Shown: piece after piece, positions 9,012-21,021 of the stretch
Layout of the letters: every line of letters starts with the position of its first letter
Position numbering within the stretch: position 1 is the stretch's first letter
From: a virus
Taxonomy: Duplodnaviria > Caudoviricetes
Length of the DNA stretch: 64,000 bases
IMG/VR virus record: IMGVR_UViG_3300024246_000001
Location: 3,513 to 67,512 of that record
Strand: one strand, 5' to 3'
Made by a program: the position numbers and the translations under genes
Notes under the pieces: model-generated
What the model was told of the DNA's origin: nothing
Seen by the model: the letters and a program-made list of their open reading frames with translations, nothing else
Database searches by the model: none

Positions 9012-9437
9012 GTGCCGGTGGCCCACAAAATTAAAGTCGTAGCGCGGTCCAAGAACGAGGTGCAACTCAAGCTGTACGTCGACCGCAAGGTGTATGAGGT
9101 GCTGCTGGAGTATGCCCGGCCGCTCTGTATATCGCCGCTTGACCTCATTCGTGCGGTGCTCGCCGACAGGTTCCCCGAGACGCCGAGCCAAGAGCTGGAG
9201 GTCGGCCCGCGGATCGAGGGCAAGCGGGCGCCCAAACAATTCACGGATAATAGGCCGGACATATGCATGCGTGTGGGGTGTGGGCACTCGTGGGGAGCCC
9301 ACAATTATGGCGCACAGGGCGAGGAGTTGCCCGATGGCGGGCCGTGCATCGAGTGCGCCGCGAACCAGGACCAAGCTGTTGCCGACAATCCGCTCATCAA
9401 CGTGGGCAAACTTGAGTTGTGTGGGAGGTTCGTGTGA
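9012..9437 (+). CDS. RHH-like protein with C-terminal Cys/His motif
   Basis: VQLKLYVDRKVYEVL...PLDLIRAVL; CMRVGCGHSWGAH...CIEC. Confidence 0.55.
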   Translation: MPVAHKIKVVARSKNEVQLKLYVDRKVYEVLLEYARPLCISPLDLIRAVLADRFPETPSQELEVGPRIEGKRAPKQFTDNRPDICMRVGCGHSWGAHNYGAQGEELPDGGPCIECAANQDQAVADNPLINVGKLELCGRFV

Positions 9438-9661
9438 AAGAGCTGAGCAGGCGGGAGATCGTCGCGGGGGTCAATTTCGACCGTACTGCACACTCAACTA
9501 CGTGGCCGGACCTAGTTGAGGTAGTAGGTGTGGTCAAGCTGTTCGAACGCGAGGGCGACGGCGGCAAGTTCTATACGGCGTTCCTGCACGAGAACATCGA
9601 GACGGTGCTGGAGCGGGCCGCGGCCGAGCCTGGGGCGCAAATAGTGATGAGGTTTGTGTGA
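9434..9661 (+). CDS. hypothetical protein
   Basis: GTGA coupling; RBS GGGAGG. Confidence 0.55.
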   Translation: MKELSRREIVAGVNFDRTAHSTTWPDLVEVVGVVKLFEREGDGGKFYTAFLHENIETVLERAAAEPGAQIVMRFV

Positions 9662-9816
9662 GCACCGAAGAAATCAAGAGGCTACTCACGGCGAAACGCG
9701 TCATCATGGAGGTGTTGCGTAATACCTGCCACCCTCAATTGACGTTGGAGGATATCTATGAGACCTCCGACCGCATATTGATGGAGTTGTCAAAGAGGGT
9801 GGGGGATATGCTGTGA
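9658..9816 (+). CDS. hypothetical protein (52 aa)
   Basis: GTGA overlaps at both ends. Confidence 0.5.
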   Translation: MSTEEIKRLLTAKRVIMEVLRNTCHPQLTLEDIYETSDRILMELSKRVGDML

Positions 9817-10604
9817 CTTTCATCCTCCGCGAGCGCCTAGAGCTAGACCCGCAGAAGTTCGCGACGGCCAACCTTCGCCGCACCCCGGGCGTCCACCTCA
9901 CGGACGTGGTGCGGGATATGCTCGGGAGCCTCGGGATCATGGCTGCCGGCGGTCGGGGGAACACGTTCACTAAGGCCGACCTCGCGGCGTTCGCGTTGCA
10001 GGGGTTCCTGTGGGAAGACGAGATGACGGAGACACTGGTGAACAAGGTGAGGAGCACGAGCGGCGCAGCGATCGGCGAGCCCAATTACGTGAGGTTCCCT
10101 GAGATCGCCACGGACGGGCGCGAGGCGTTCTGGGTGGAGTACGACGAGGACACCGGAGTGCTACTGACGCCTATTCCGCCCACCTTTATTGTCATGTCGC
10201 CGGACGGTGGCGTGCTGGAGGAAGTGCTGGCCCTACTTGAATGCAAGCGGACAGCGAAGGCCCCGCCGCAGTGGGACGCGGACCCGCAGACACGCTTGGA
10301 CTTGCTGAGCAAGTGGCTAGCCGCCAACCGGCCGGACTGGATGTGGCAGACGCCGTGCTACCTGCGCGGGCTCAGCTTAGTGCTCGGTCAGGAGATCGAC
10401 ACGGTGCAGCACCACTGCCAGTTTTGTGTTGGGGACTGGCGCGTAAAGGTGGTCAGCGACGAGGAGGGGCGCGTGGTCCCGCTGAGCCCTGTGCCGATCT
10501 ACGAGAAATGGACCAGGAAATATAGTGCTGGTGAGGTGGCGGATAGGTGGGACGCGGTGTATGGCCACGCGCGGGACACGGGGAGGCTTAATGAACACGA
10601 TTGA
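9813..10604 (+). CDS. PD-(D/E)xK nuclease (phage exonuclease-like)
   Basis: MSPDG...LLECKRT catalytic motif; QTPCY motif. Confidence 0.7.
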   Translation: MTFILRERLELDPQKFATANLRRTPGVHLTDVVRDMLGSLGIMAAGGRGNTFTKADLAAFALQGFLWEDEMTETLVNKVRSTSGAAIGEPNYVRFPEIATDGREAFWVEYDEDTGVLLTPIPPTFIVMSPDGGVLEEVLALLECKRTAKAPPQWDADPQTRLDLLSKWLAANRPDWMWQTPCYLRGLSLVLGQEIDTVQHHCQFCVGDWRVKVVSDEEGRVVPLSPVPIYEKWTRKYSAGEVADRWDAVYGHARDTGRLNEHD

Positions 10605-10863
10605 GGGTCAGTGGATTCGTTTTGTTGATGAAGGTGTGCCTAAAAACGCTAAAACGCATATCTTCCGCATTGAGGCCAAGACGGACTTTACCGAAGGAGT
10701 TGAAGACTTGGTAATATTAGGCACGGTCAAGTGGTTTGGCAGGTGGCGTGCCTATTGTTTCTTTCCTGGCACGAATACAGTCTATGAAAAGACGTGCTTG
10801 CGCGAGATCGCCGATTTCTGCCAAGACATGACAACGGCGCACAAGGCGGGGTGTGATGGCTAA
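10591..10863 (+). CDS. conserved phage hypothetical protein
   Basis: LGTVKWFGRWRAYCFFP...CLREIADF pattern. Confidence 0.65.
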   Translation: MNTIEGQWIRFVDEGVPKNAKTHIFRIEAKTDFTEGVEDLVILGTVKWFGRWRAYCFFPGTNTVYEKTCLREIADFCQDMTTAHKAGCDG

Positions 10864-11560
10864 GTACATCGACCTCCAATTCTCCTGCCCCCCGTCGCTC
10901 GACTTCCCCACCTATGTGGGCACGCAGGACGAGGAGGGTCAGCCTGTGCAGGTCGGCCAGTGGATCAAGCCCAGCGCCGACAACCCGTTCTGGATTTTGC
11001 GGCTCATACCAGCCGAACTCCTCATGTACCTGATCTCGGACGGCCAGCCGGTGCAGGTGGTCACGGAGCGCCACGTGCGTCGCAACCCGCCACTGGTCGA
11101 CGATATGCCGAGCGGATTGCTACCCACATTGTCGCCGCGCGCCGCCCTCAAGGCCAAATTGGCCAACGCCAAGCCTAAACAAATCACGGATCGGTATATC
11201 CCAGCAGCAGATCCGCTCTTAACCGACAAGTGCCCCAATCCGACTTGTGGCAGGATGTTCAACCCGCAAACACATCCGTTGCTCGACTGCCCCACATGTG
11301 GGGAGGACAAGTGCACGCTCAATTGCTTCGGGTCCACCGCCGAACCTTGCAAGGACTGCCTCGCCTTAGTGGCTGACCCGGAAGAGGGTGGGTATGAGGC
11401 GCCGGTGGCCGAGGTGGCCCAGATCAAGACGCCGGAGCTGCGCAAGGCCATGGCTGATGAGGCACGCGGGGCGGCGGCGGCGGTAGGGAGCAGGCTGTTC
11501 GACGGAATTCACCATGGGAAGGGCGGGCAGGACAGTGAACCCGCCGACGACGACGAATAA
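10856..11560 (+). CDS. hypothetical Cys-rich protein
   Basis: CPNPTC, CPTC, CxxxC, CKDC motifs. Confidence 0.65.
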   Translation: MAKYIDLQFSCPPSLDFPTYVGTQDEEGQPVQVGQWIKPSADNPFWILRLIPAELLMYLISDGQPVQVVTERHVRRNPPLVDDMPSGLLPTLSPRAALKAKLANAKPKQITDRYIPAADPLLTDKCPNPTCGRMFNPQTHPLLDCPTCGEDKCTLNCFGSTAEPCKDCLALVADPEEGGYEAPVAEVAQIKTPELRKAMADEARGAAAAVGSRLFDGIHHGKGGQDSEPADDDE

Positions 11561-11580
11561 TTGAGAGGGAGGATTAGGGT

Positions 11581-11817
11581 ATGCCACAACCACAAGAGCA
11601 AAAGTCAGACATCGGAATCATTGAGATCACTTACCAGCACGTGCATGATTGCCGGGCCGGTAGGGAGAAGAGGCCGTGCCAATTCTTCTGGGGCAACCAC
11701 AGAACACCCACTGATGAATCGGCGTTGCCGGGTGTGTGTTCGTGTGATCCACGCCAAGACGACACGAACCTGCTGCTCGACGGGCAAGTGTTCATCATTC
11801 ACAAAGGAGTGTGTTGA
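11581..11817 (+). CDS. small Cys/His-rich protein
   Basis: RBS GGAGG; HVHDC...CQFFWGNH...CSC. Confidence 0.5.
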   Translation: MPQPQEQKSDIGIIEITYQHVHDCRAGREKRPCQFFWGNHRTPTDESALPGVCSCDPRQDDTNLLLDGQVFIIHKGVC

Positions 11818-11818
11818 C

Positions 11819-12694
11819 GTGGCGATCGACCCGCGGCTCGTCGCACTCGGCTACGCTCCTGTCGGCTCGGCCCAGACCGGCCGCAAGCGACGCCTCTTTA
11901 TCACCATGGAAGGCCCGCCCTCAACCGGCAAGACCGACTTCCTGCGCCGCTGCCCGCCGCCGCAAGTGTGTATTGATTTGGACCGCGGCATGGAGGGGGT
12001 GTGCGAGACCGACATCTGGGGCAACGAGATCATGCGCAAGGTGATCGAGATGCCGGACCTGGATGTTGGCGGTAAGCTGGCGAGTGACGCCGAGCGCACC
12101 ATCGCCAAGAACTCCTACGCGCAGTTCAAGACGCTGGCCAAACAGACCTTCAAGGCGCTGGGCGAGATAGGGGGCGGCACACTGAGCATCGAAACAGGCG
12201 GGGCGGCCTATGCGCTGGCCCAGATAGCCAGGTTCGGCCAGATCGCGCAACTGGGTGAGGTGCCGGCGGCCATGTGGACCTCGATGCAGGCCGAGTTCCA
12301 GCAGATATTTCTGCAATATGAGGACTATCCAGTGAACTTGATCGTCAGCCACAGACAGGGCGCCAAGTTCGGCGGGGCCACCGGCGAGACGGACCTCAAG
12401 GGGTATAAGGAGATGCAGCACCTGAGCCAGATCCATCTTGAGTTCCAGCGCGTGTACCGGCGTACGCCGCTCGGCATGGTGGTGCGCGACGCCAGGGGGA
12501 TCGAGCAATTCGACCTTGTGAGGAAGGTCAAGAAGTGCCGGGCAAGATTGGCGTTGCTGGGGGCGGAGTTCCCGGTCGTGTTCTTGGACGACGACATGCG
12601 TGAGAGTATTGGTGGGGACTTCCTCACTGTGGCGCAGGCGGTGTTCCCGGACACTACTGTTGACGATTGGATGCCTACTGGGTTAGTGGCATGA
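11819..12694 (+). CDS. P-loop ATPase, AAA_24/Sak4-like recombination protein
   Basis: Walker A GPPSTGKT; IDLDRG; IVSH; RBS AAAGGAG. Confidence 0.75.
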   Translation: MAIDPRLVALGYAPVGSAQTGRKRRLFITMEGPPSTGKTDFLRRCPPPQVCIDLDRGMEGVCETDIWGNEIMRKVIEMPDLDVGGKLASDAERTIAKNSYAQFKTLAKQTFKALGEIGGGTLSIETGGAAYALAQIARFGQIAQLGEVPAAMWTSMQAEFQQIFLQYEDYPVNLIVSHRQGAKFGGATGETDLKGYKEMQHLSQIHLEFQRVYRRTPLGMVVRDARGIEQFDLVRKVKKCRARLALLGAEFPVVFLDDDMRESIGGDFLTVAQAVFPDTTVDDWMPTGLVA

Positions 12695-12795
12695 ACAGAC
12701 TACTCAATTGGATTATGCTCCCTTTCGTGGTCGCCTACGCCGCATGGTTCTTCGGCAGGCGTATGCTCAAACACCAGTTCGATAGGTGGTGGTGA
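12691..12795 (+). CDS. small single-TM peptide (34 aa)
   Basis: MNRLLNWIMLPFVVAYAAWFFGRR; ATGA overlap, abuts the next GTG. Confidence 0.45.
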   Translation: MNRLLNWIMLPFVVAYAAWFFGRRMLKHQFDRWW

Positions 12796-13677
12796 GTGGC
12801 CGACACGCCTACCATCCTGGTCGACCCACGTGCGGGCTCGGCAGACTTGCGGCCCTACCTGCGCGACCTCGGTGCCACCGTCGACATGGCCACCCAGATC
12901 CCGGCCGACATCGCCTCCGCCGGCTACGGTCCACAAGGACTCATGCTGATCGGCATGGAGTACAAGCTCACCGCCACCGGCGACATATTCACGAGCATGT
13001 CGGACGGGCGCTTGACCGGCACGCAGCTCCCGGCCTTGGTGAGCAATTTCGAGCGGCGCTACCTCCTCGTGGAAGGCCCCACGCGAATGGCCCCGGATGG
13101 TGGTCTCGAACAGTCCCCCAAGGCCGGCGTGTGGGAGCGCGTGTGGGCCATGAACGCGCACGAATACTGGTCGCGCCTGGATTCAGTCACCGAGTTCTGG
13201 GGCGTGAACGTCAAGGAGACCCACAACAAGGTGCAGAGCGCGGCGTGGATCATCTCGCGGGCCAGGTACTGGGCCAAGCCCTACAATGCGCACGCGAGCT
13301 ATAGAGCGTGGGACAGGTCGGCCGAGCCGCGCAAGGGGGCGCAGGGCGAGGGGTTCGTGGTCAATGAGTTCGGCCCCACGAGCGCCCTGCCGATCGTGCA
13401 GCGCATGGCGGCCCAGATCGACGGCATAGGCGAGGGCCACAGTGGGTATGTGGCCAAGGAGTTCGCGACGCCGGCCGAGATGATCCTGGGCAAGGAACTC
13501 GCGCGCGTGGTGGCCCAGAACCCGGACTACGCGGCCATGTTCGCCGACGATTGGCGGCAAATAGAGTGCTTGCAGAAGCTCAAGCGCCCGGCGAATGGCG
13601 GCGGGCAGTACCGGCGGATTCACTTCAGCAAAGAGCGCGTGGCCAAGATCCGCGCGCAATTGTGGGGACCACAATGA
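12796..13677 (+). CDS. ERCC4/XPF-family nuclease
   Basis: ILVDPRAG...DI...GMEYK...DIFTSMSDGRL..Q...LLVEG. Confidence 0.8.
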   Translation: MADTPTILVDPRAGSADLRPYLRDLGATVDMATQIPADIASAGYGPQGLMLIGMEYKLTATGDIFTSMSDGRLTGTQLPALVSNFERRYLLVEGPTRMAPDGGLEQSPKAGVWERVWAMNAHEYWSRLDSVTEFWGVNVKETHNKVQSAAWIISRARYWAKPYNAHASYRAWDRSAEPRKGAQGEGFVVNEFGPTSALPIVQRMAAQIDGIGEGHSGYVAKEFATPAEMILGKELARVVAQNPDYAAMFADDWRQIECLQKLKRPANGGGQYRRIHFSKERVAKIRAQLWGPQ

Positions 13678-14048
13678 TCGAAACAGATGATGAAGCTATT
13701 GCTTTGCGGTGGTTGATGATGATTCCGCGCCTCAATTGGAAAACTACCACACCGCGCAAGTCCGACCACCAGATCACAATCCATATTTGCCCACCGACTC
13801 CTCGTGGTGATGGTACTATGGCGGCGATGCTAGTACACATCCGTGTAGTCTATCCGCGCCCCGGCCACCGGCAGGGCGATCTGGTAGTGCGCGGCTCTGG
13901 TAATTATATGGGCAGCGCCGTGCATGACCTCTGGCAGCAACTGGACCGTCACAAAATCTATATGCCACCACCCGGCGTGGACATCACACCCGAGGCGTGG
14001 GCAGCACAACGAACGAAAGTACAGGAGGATGTGAATGCCACTCATTGA
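13674..14048 (+). CDS. hypothetical protein
   Basis: ATGA coupling. Confidence 0.5.
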   Translation: MIETDDEAIALRWLMMIPRLNWKTTTPRKSDHQITIHICPPTPRGDGTMAAMLVHIRVVYPRPGHRQGDLVVRGSGNYMGSAVHDLWQQLDRHKIYMPPPGVDITPEAWAAQRTKVQEDVNATH

Positions 14049-14453
14049 TTTCACCGCCCCGGCCCAATCGTGGCCGGACTTCCTCGACTCCATGCCCCCC
14101 GGTCGCACCCCGCAGCCCGAGGACATGTACGCCCGGTGGGACTCACCCACCTATATCTGCCCGGCCAGACCTCGCAACGGCATCCAATCACAGATTGAAT
14201 CGGTGCATGGCGCACGCATGCGCCTCACGTCCGGCCACTGCAAGTGCGGCTTGACCCTGCGCAAGGAGGGCCTGCAAGGGGTCGGTGAGTCGCATGCTTA
14301 TTTGGCGTGGCTGGCCGATATGATGAGCGATGCCGAGGCCGCCCACTTCTGGGCCACCGTCGCCAGCGCCAAGCCGGAGAGGTTGACCGAATTGGGGATA
14401 TTGCCGGTCTTGCGGGAGTGCTTCAGGTTCCTGCGCGAGATGGGGGGGGTGTG

Positions 14454-14454
<1 letters not shown>
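14035..14454 (+). CDS. hypothetical protein
   Basis: RBS GGAGG; high GC3. Confidence 0.6.
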
Positions 14455-16689
<2,235 letters not shown>

Positions 16690-16737
16690 TGCCCAACATC
16701 CAGCCACTCCAGAACGTCCCCGAGGCCATCTTCGACA

Positions 16738-16845
16738 CTGAGGATGGCCCCAGCGGCGCAGTGGGAGATACGACAATACGCCAACGCAGTTGGGTCATTG
16801 ATTGCCAAGAAGTTCCCGCGCACGTGGGAATTGTTTAGCCGCTAA
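16738..16845 (+). pseudogene. thyX: C-terminal remnant of flavin-dependent thymidylate synthase
   Basis: LRMAPAAQWEIRQYANAVGSLIAKKFPRTWELFSR* matches the ThyX C-terminal pattern LRxxxxAQWEIxxYA; in-frame upstream sequence is unrelated and stops at 16687. Confidence 0.75.
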
Positions 16846-19800
16846 TGCCCCCACAACCCGGTGCCAACGATATCCCCCGCAACCACGTCCCCGGACGCGG
16901 CCCGCTGCCGGCGCCGGTCATGATCATAGGGGAAGCCCCGGGTAGGGCGGAGAACAGTACGCGCATGCCCTTTGTGGGCCAAGCCGGCCAAGAACTGGAG
17001 CGCTATGCCCGCACCGCCGGACTGGACCTCGCGAGCTGCTACATAACCAATCTCGCGAAATGGTGGCCGCCGGTGGATTTCCGCGGCAACCAGCTCCCGC
17101 CCACGCCCGAGGACATAGCGCGCGACGAGCCCGAGCTGCTGGGCGAACTCCTGATGTGCGAACCCCGCGTGATCGTGGCGGTGGGAGCACATGCGGCGCG
17201 CTACTTCCTGCCCAAGTTCAGCAATATGCGCACTGAGCATGGATTGCCGCAGCTCACTTGGATTGAGGTACTCGGCCGCGAGGTGCCGGTAATTGCGGTC
17301 CTGCACCCAGCGGCGGGCCTCCACTCAGGGCTGCAAGAGGAGATGGCACGTATCCAGTGGGACTTCCAACAGGTTGGCAAACTGGTGCGCGGCCAGCTCC
17401 CCCTCACGCGCGCCGACGAGTTCCCCGACCCGCAATACCGGCGCCTGTTCGATGATGGTCCTTGCGAATTTGCCTGCAATGAGATGAAAGGCTCCTGTGT
17501 TGAATGTGGCGGTGAGGCGGACTACGACCACACAGACCATATTTATATCCCGCAGGGTTGCACTTGTGAGCGTAGCGGCCCGGCTGTACTAAGGAACTTA
17601 CTCGCCGGCCGCACCGAAGTGGCGATCGACACCGAGGGCACGATCGAGGACCCGGAGTGCCTGACCCTGGCCGTCACGCCCGGCGAGGGGTGGATGGTCG
17701 AGGCTGGCCAGGTCGAGACCCTCGCCGCCTTGGACAGGCACATCAATGCGCCGCACGGGATATGCACCGTCATCCTGCACTACATGACGCACGACCTGCC
17801 AGTGATCGAGGCGCTGGGCGTACGCGTGGCCCACCGGCCGGCCGTGAACTCTGACGGGTCGCCTGCGTTCCGCGACACGATGAACGAGCTCCACCTCTTG
17901 GGCGGGATCGAGCCGAAGGGGCTCAAGGCGGCCGAGTGGCGCCTGTGCGCGATGGAGGCCGATTCGTTCGAGGACGTGGCTGGAGAAAGTGCGTACGAGA
18001 CCGCGCGCGACTACTTCGAGCACGCGTTCGGGATGGCCGCCTGCGAATTGTGTGTGGGAGTGGGCAAGACCAACAAGCCTTACAAGGTGGTCGATACGGC
18101 GTGCAAGGTGTGCGGCGGGTCGGGTAGGGTGGCAAGTGTCAAGGCATGTGATTGCAGAGTGGTGGACATCACCGACTATGAGGGCGTGACCGAGACCACC
18201 ACACTGCCGATTGACATGGCAAAGGCTGATTGCGGAACGTGTTTTGGGGTTGGTGAGTTGCCGACTGGGCGCACTAAGTATTGCAAGTGCGTGAAGACTT
18301 CGGACGCGTGCGAGATGCCCGAATGCGTGGACGGCCTCCTCATCCCGGCGCCGGCCAAGGAGCTGAACTTCGACGCCACGACCGGTGAGTTCCGGTGGAA
18401 GCAGCCACAGTCGATGGCCAAGTGGCTCAAGCGCCGCATCCTCGGCGTCGACCTGCTCGGCACTGATACTGAGGAACTTGGGGCGCAACTGCCCATCAAC
18501 GCGCCGGATGCCGAAGACGAGCAGGACACTGCCCCCCTCTTCAAGCTGCGCAAGGCGTGGCGCGACCTGCCGCCAGAGCGCCGGGCCTTGGTGGAGCGCG
18601 TGGCCGGCCACATGCCCCGCGTGGCCCTCCGGAACGTGAAGGACCAAGCCCGCGTCACGAGGTACGCCTGCCGCGACGCCGACGCCACCCTGCGCGTGTC
18701 CCGCGAGACTGACAGGCGCATCCGCGAGCATGGCCTGCAAGCCGCCCGCGAGATCGACATCGCCATCCTGCCCATGCTCTCGCGGATGGAGCGCAACGGT
18801 ATGATGATCGACCGCAGCCACTTTGAGGCGTTCCACAGTGACCTCCAGCGTTGGCTCAGCGAAGAGCGGGCCAAGCTGGCCGATCTGGTCGGCGAGCACA
18901 ACCCGAACTCCAAGCGCATAATTGGAGTCCTGTTCCGCGACCTCCAACTCCCGGCAATCAAGATGACTGCGGGTGGCCAAGAGAGCACCGACGACGAGAC
19001 GCTGGGCATCTTGAAGGCCCAGCTCAAGGCTCGGCAGATGGGCGGACAGGACAGTGAATTGGTGCACACCGGTGTGCAGGTGATTGACTGCATCCAGACA
19101 TACAGGGAGTTCCAGAAGATGGACTCCACATACGTGCTTGGCCTGCTCGGGAAAGCCGACGCGCACAATCGGGTCCACACGACCATCAATTACACTAAGT
19201 CAGTGTCGCGCCTGAGCAGCGAGGAGCCCAACCTCCAAAACATCCCTAACCCAGACAATTCACCCTACCCTGACGACGCGGTGCGCAACATGGGCCTGCG
19301 GATGCGCCGCGGGTTCGTCGCGCGACCGGGCTACAAGATCATCGAGGCGGACTACTCGGCGATCGAGATGGTGGTGGGCGCCCACCTCACGCAGGACCAC
19401 AACCTCATGCGGATCTTCCACGAGGGGCTCGACCCACACCGCTATGCTGCCAGTGAGTTCCTCAAGATGCCCATGGCCGACGTGCCCAAGCCAGTGCGCA
19501 CGCAGTTCAAGACTCTGAACTTCGCCTCCTTCTATGACACGTCCGCAATGACGATCCAGCGGCAACTCTCGCTCATGCAGCCCCCTATCGACATGTCTGT
19601 GGAGGAGTGCCAGCAGCTCATCAACTGGTATTTCAGCGAGTTCGCGCCCGACGTGCTCGCGTGGAAGGACCGCGTGCGCCGGGACGCCCAGGCCGAGGGC
19701 GTGGTGCGCACTATGTTCGGCCGCATGCGCTGGATGCCAGGCCTGCGCTCACAGATCAAGCGGGTGAGGTCGGCCGCCGAGCGCGAGTGCACCAACTTCC

Positions 19801-20060
19801 CCATCCAGGGCACCGCGCGCGACATCCTGTGCGTCGGCATGGCCCGCATGTGGGAGGACCTCTTCCCCACCTTGTGGGCTTGCGGGGTGGACGCCCAGCC
19901 CATCATGACCGTGCACGACGCGGTGGCGGTGGAGTGCCCAGCGGAGTTCGCCGAGTTCGTGGGGGATCAGATGCGCGAGGTCATGGAGCAGGCGGTCGGG
20001 CTCAGTGTGCCGGTCAAGGTGAGCGTAGGGATCGGGGACAATTGGGCGGAGGCCCATTGA
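16845..20060 (+). CDS. polA: family A DNA polymerase with N-terminal uracil-DNA glycosylase and 3'-5' exonuclease domains
   Basis: UDG GEAPG/PFVGxAG/HPA; ExoI IDTEG; ExoIII YACRDADAT; RLSSEEPNLQNIP; motif A ADYSAIE; motif B KTLNFASFY; motif C VHDA. Confidence 0.95.
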   Translation: MPPQPGANDIPRNHVPGRGPLPAPVMIIGEAPGRAENSTRMPFVGQAGQELERYARTAGLDLASCYITNLAKWWPPVDFRGNQLPPTPEDIARDEPELLGELLMCEPRVIVAVGAHAARYFLPKFSNMRTEHGLPQLTWIEVLGREVPVIAVLHPAAGLHSGLQEEMARIQWDFQQVGKLVRGQLPLTRADEFPDPQYRRLFDDGPCEFACNEMKGSCVECGGEADYDHTDHIYIPQGCTCERSGPAVLRNLLAGRTEVAIDTEGTIEDPECLTLAVTPGEGWMVEAGQVETLAALDRHINAPHGICTVILHYMTHDLPVIEALGVRVAHRPAVNSDGSPAFRDTMNELHLLGGIEPKGLKAAEWRLCAMEADSFEDVAGESAYETARDYFEHAFGMAACELCVGVGKTNKPYKVVDTACKVCGGSGRVASVKACDCRVVDITDYEGVTETTTLPIDMAKADCGTCFGVGELPTGRTKYCKCVKTSDACEMPECVDGLLIPAPAKELNFDATTGEFRWKQPQSMAKWLKRRILGVDLLGTDTEELGAQLPINAPDAEDEQDTAPLFKLRKAWRDLPPERRALVERVAGHMPRVALRNVKDQARVTRYACRDADATLRVSRETDRRIREHGLQAAREIDIAILPMLSRMERNGMMIDRSHFEAFHSDLQRWLSEERAKLADLVGEHNPNSKRIIGVLFRDLQLPAIKMTAGGQESTDDETLGILKAQLKARQMGGQDSELVHTGVQVIDCIQTYREFQKMDSTYVLGLLGKADAHNRVHTTINYTKSVSRLSSEEPNLQNIPNPDNSPYPDDAVRNMGLRMRRGFVARPGYKIIEADYSAIEMVVGAHLTQDHNLMRIFHEGLDPHRYAASEFLKMPMADVPKPVRTQFKTLNFASFYDTSAMTIQRQLSLMQPPIDMSVEECQQLINWYFSEFAPDVLAWKDRVRRDAQAEGVVRTMFGRMRWMPGLRSQIKRVRSAAERECTNFPIQGTARDILCVGMARMWEDLFPTLWACGVDAQPIMTVHDAVAVECPAEFAEFVGDQMREVMEQAVGLSVPVKVSVGIGDNWAEAH

Positions 20061-20080
20061 CATCCGCCGCAAAATAGTTG

Positions 20081-20109
20081 TTGACTCTGGGGCAAGATTG
20101 ACCTACATT
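20081..20109 (+). promoter_or_regulatory. sigma70-type promoter (TTGACT-N4-GGCAA class)
   Basis: TTGACT-17-TACATT. Confidence 0.65.
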
Positions 20110-20240
20110 CCACTTGTGAACTTGGCCGGTATCCTTGATGAGCGCGCCCTTAGGATCGTCGAGGCTGTGAAAGTCAGCTTGAAGAGGGGGTCGGACCCTA
20201 ACCAGCCAAGCTCACGTTTTGTTTGAGGAGGGTCAATCAA

Positions 20241-20480
20241 GTGTGGCAAGTTCGTACCAGAGGTCACCACGAAACAGAGAGTTGGGCCAACGCCCCGGCC
20301 AATTGCTACTGGGACATGGGCCACCTCGTGATCCCGCAGCCCGGCAAGCCCCCAATCCGCTACTCCGGCGGGGATGTACGCTGGTACACACCCAAGCGCT
20401 CGGAGGAATTCGCAACCCTGATACCGCCCGCGGCCCATAAGCGCCTGCGCGCAACCTACGAGAAGGAGCACAATGTCTAA
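20241..20480 (+). CDS. hypothetical protein
   Basis: RBS GAGGAGG plus GTG. Confidence 0.55.
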   Translation: MWQVRTRGHHETESWANAPANCYWDMGHLVIPQPGKPPIRYSGGDVRWYTPKRSEEFATLIPPAAHKRLRATYEKEHNV

Positions 20481-21021
20481 TCTTGCTGCTGATCCTGCTG
20501 CTACCGACTCCGCCGCCGTCCCCTTCGAGTCCGTCCCTGCCCTCGCTGCCAACGACGCCTATATCGAAAAGATGACGCGCCTGCGCGACCTCAAAGCGCT
20601 CAAGGACCAACTCTTTAACGACAAGGAGCCCAAGTCACCCGGCGATCTGCCGCTCGGCGAGTACGAGGGCTTGAAGCGTGAGTGCGCCGCCATGCAGCTC
20701 ATCAACGGCCAGAAGTCGGTGGCGTTCTTCGATCTGCGCGTGATGAGCGCGGCGGGCGGGGTGACGAAGGGGAAGGTGACCGGCGCCGGAATAATCGATT
20801 CACTGGGTGATGCCACACCGCAGCAGTTGCGAGCTATCGCTCTGGCCGCCAAAGAGTGTGATCCGGAGGTGTTGGTTAGCAACGGCATCTCCGCTTCGGT
20901 GGTAGTCGCCGCCCGCACGCCCGACAAGCCCCGCGCAGGCAGCGTCCGCGTGGAGTGGATCGGCGCCAAGGGCCGGGGCGCTGGCCAGAAGACGCGTGGC
21001 ACTGGCGGGGACGTGCAGTGA
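20473..21021 (+). CDS. hypothetical protein
   Basis: RBS AAGGAG; high GC3. Confidence 0.7.
   Translation: MSNLAADPAATDSAAVPFESVPALAANDAYIEKMTRLRDLKALKDQLFNDKEPKSPGDLPLGEYEGLKRECAAMQLINGQKSVAFFDLRVMSAAGGVTKGKVTGAGIIDSLGDATPQQLRAIALAAKECDPEVLVSNGISASVVVAARTPDKPRAGSVRVEWIGAKGRGAGQKTRGTGGDVQ

Noticed and set aside
3977-10604. DinG plus a Cas4-like nuclease as a type IV CRISPR-Cas system
   Set aside because: No Cas7/Cas5/Cas6-like genes and no repeat-spacer array; the context is phage replication.
14442-14449. G8 tract before groES as a phase-variation switch
   Set aside because: A single short tract that doubles as the RBS region in a GC-rich genome; no evidence of length variation.
18039-18335. 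polA and terL insertions as inteins or introns
   Set aside because: No N-terminal Cys/Ser block, no His-Asn end, no LAGLIDADG motif; the frames are uninterrupted.
17598-19178. 526-aa antisense ORF over polA, and similar long antisense ORFs elsewhere
   Set aside because: Expected by-product of high GC3 coding; no motifs or RBS, unlike the MTase beta frame.
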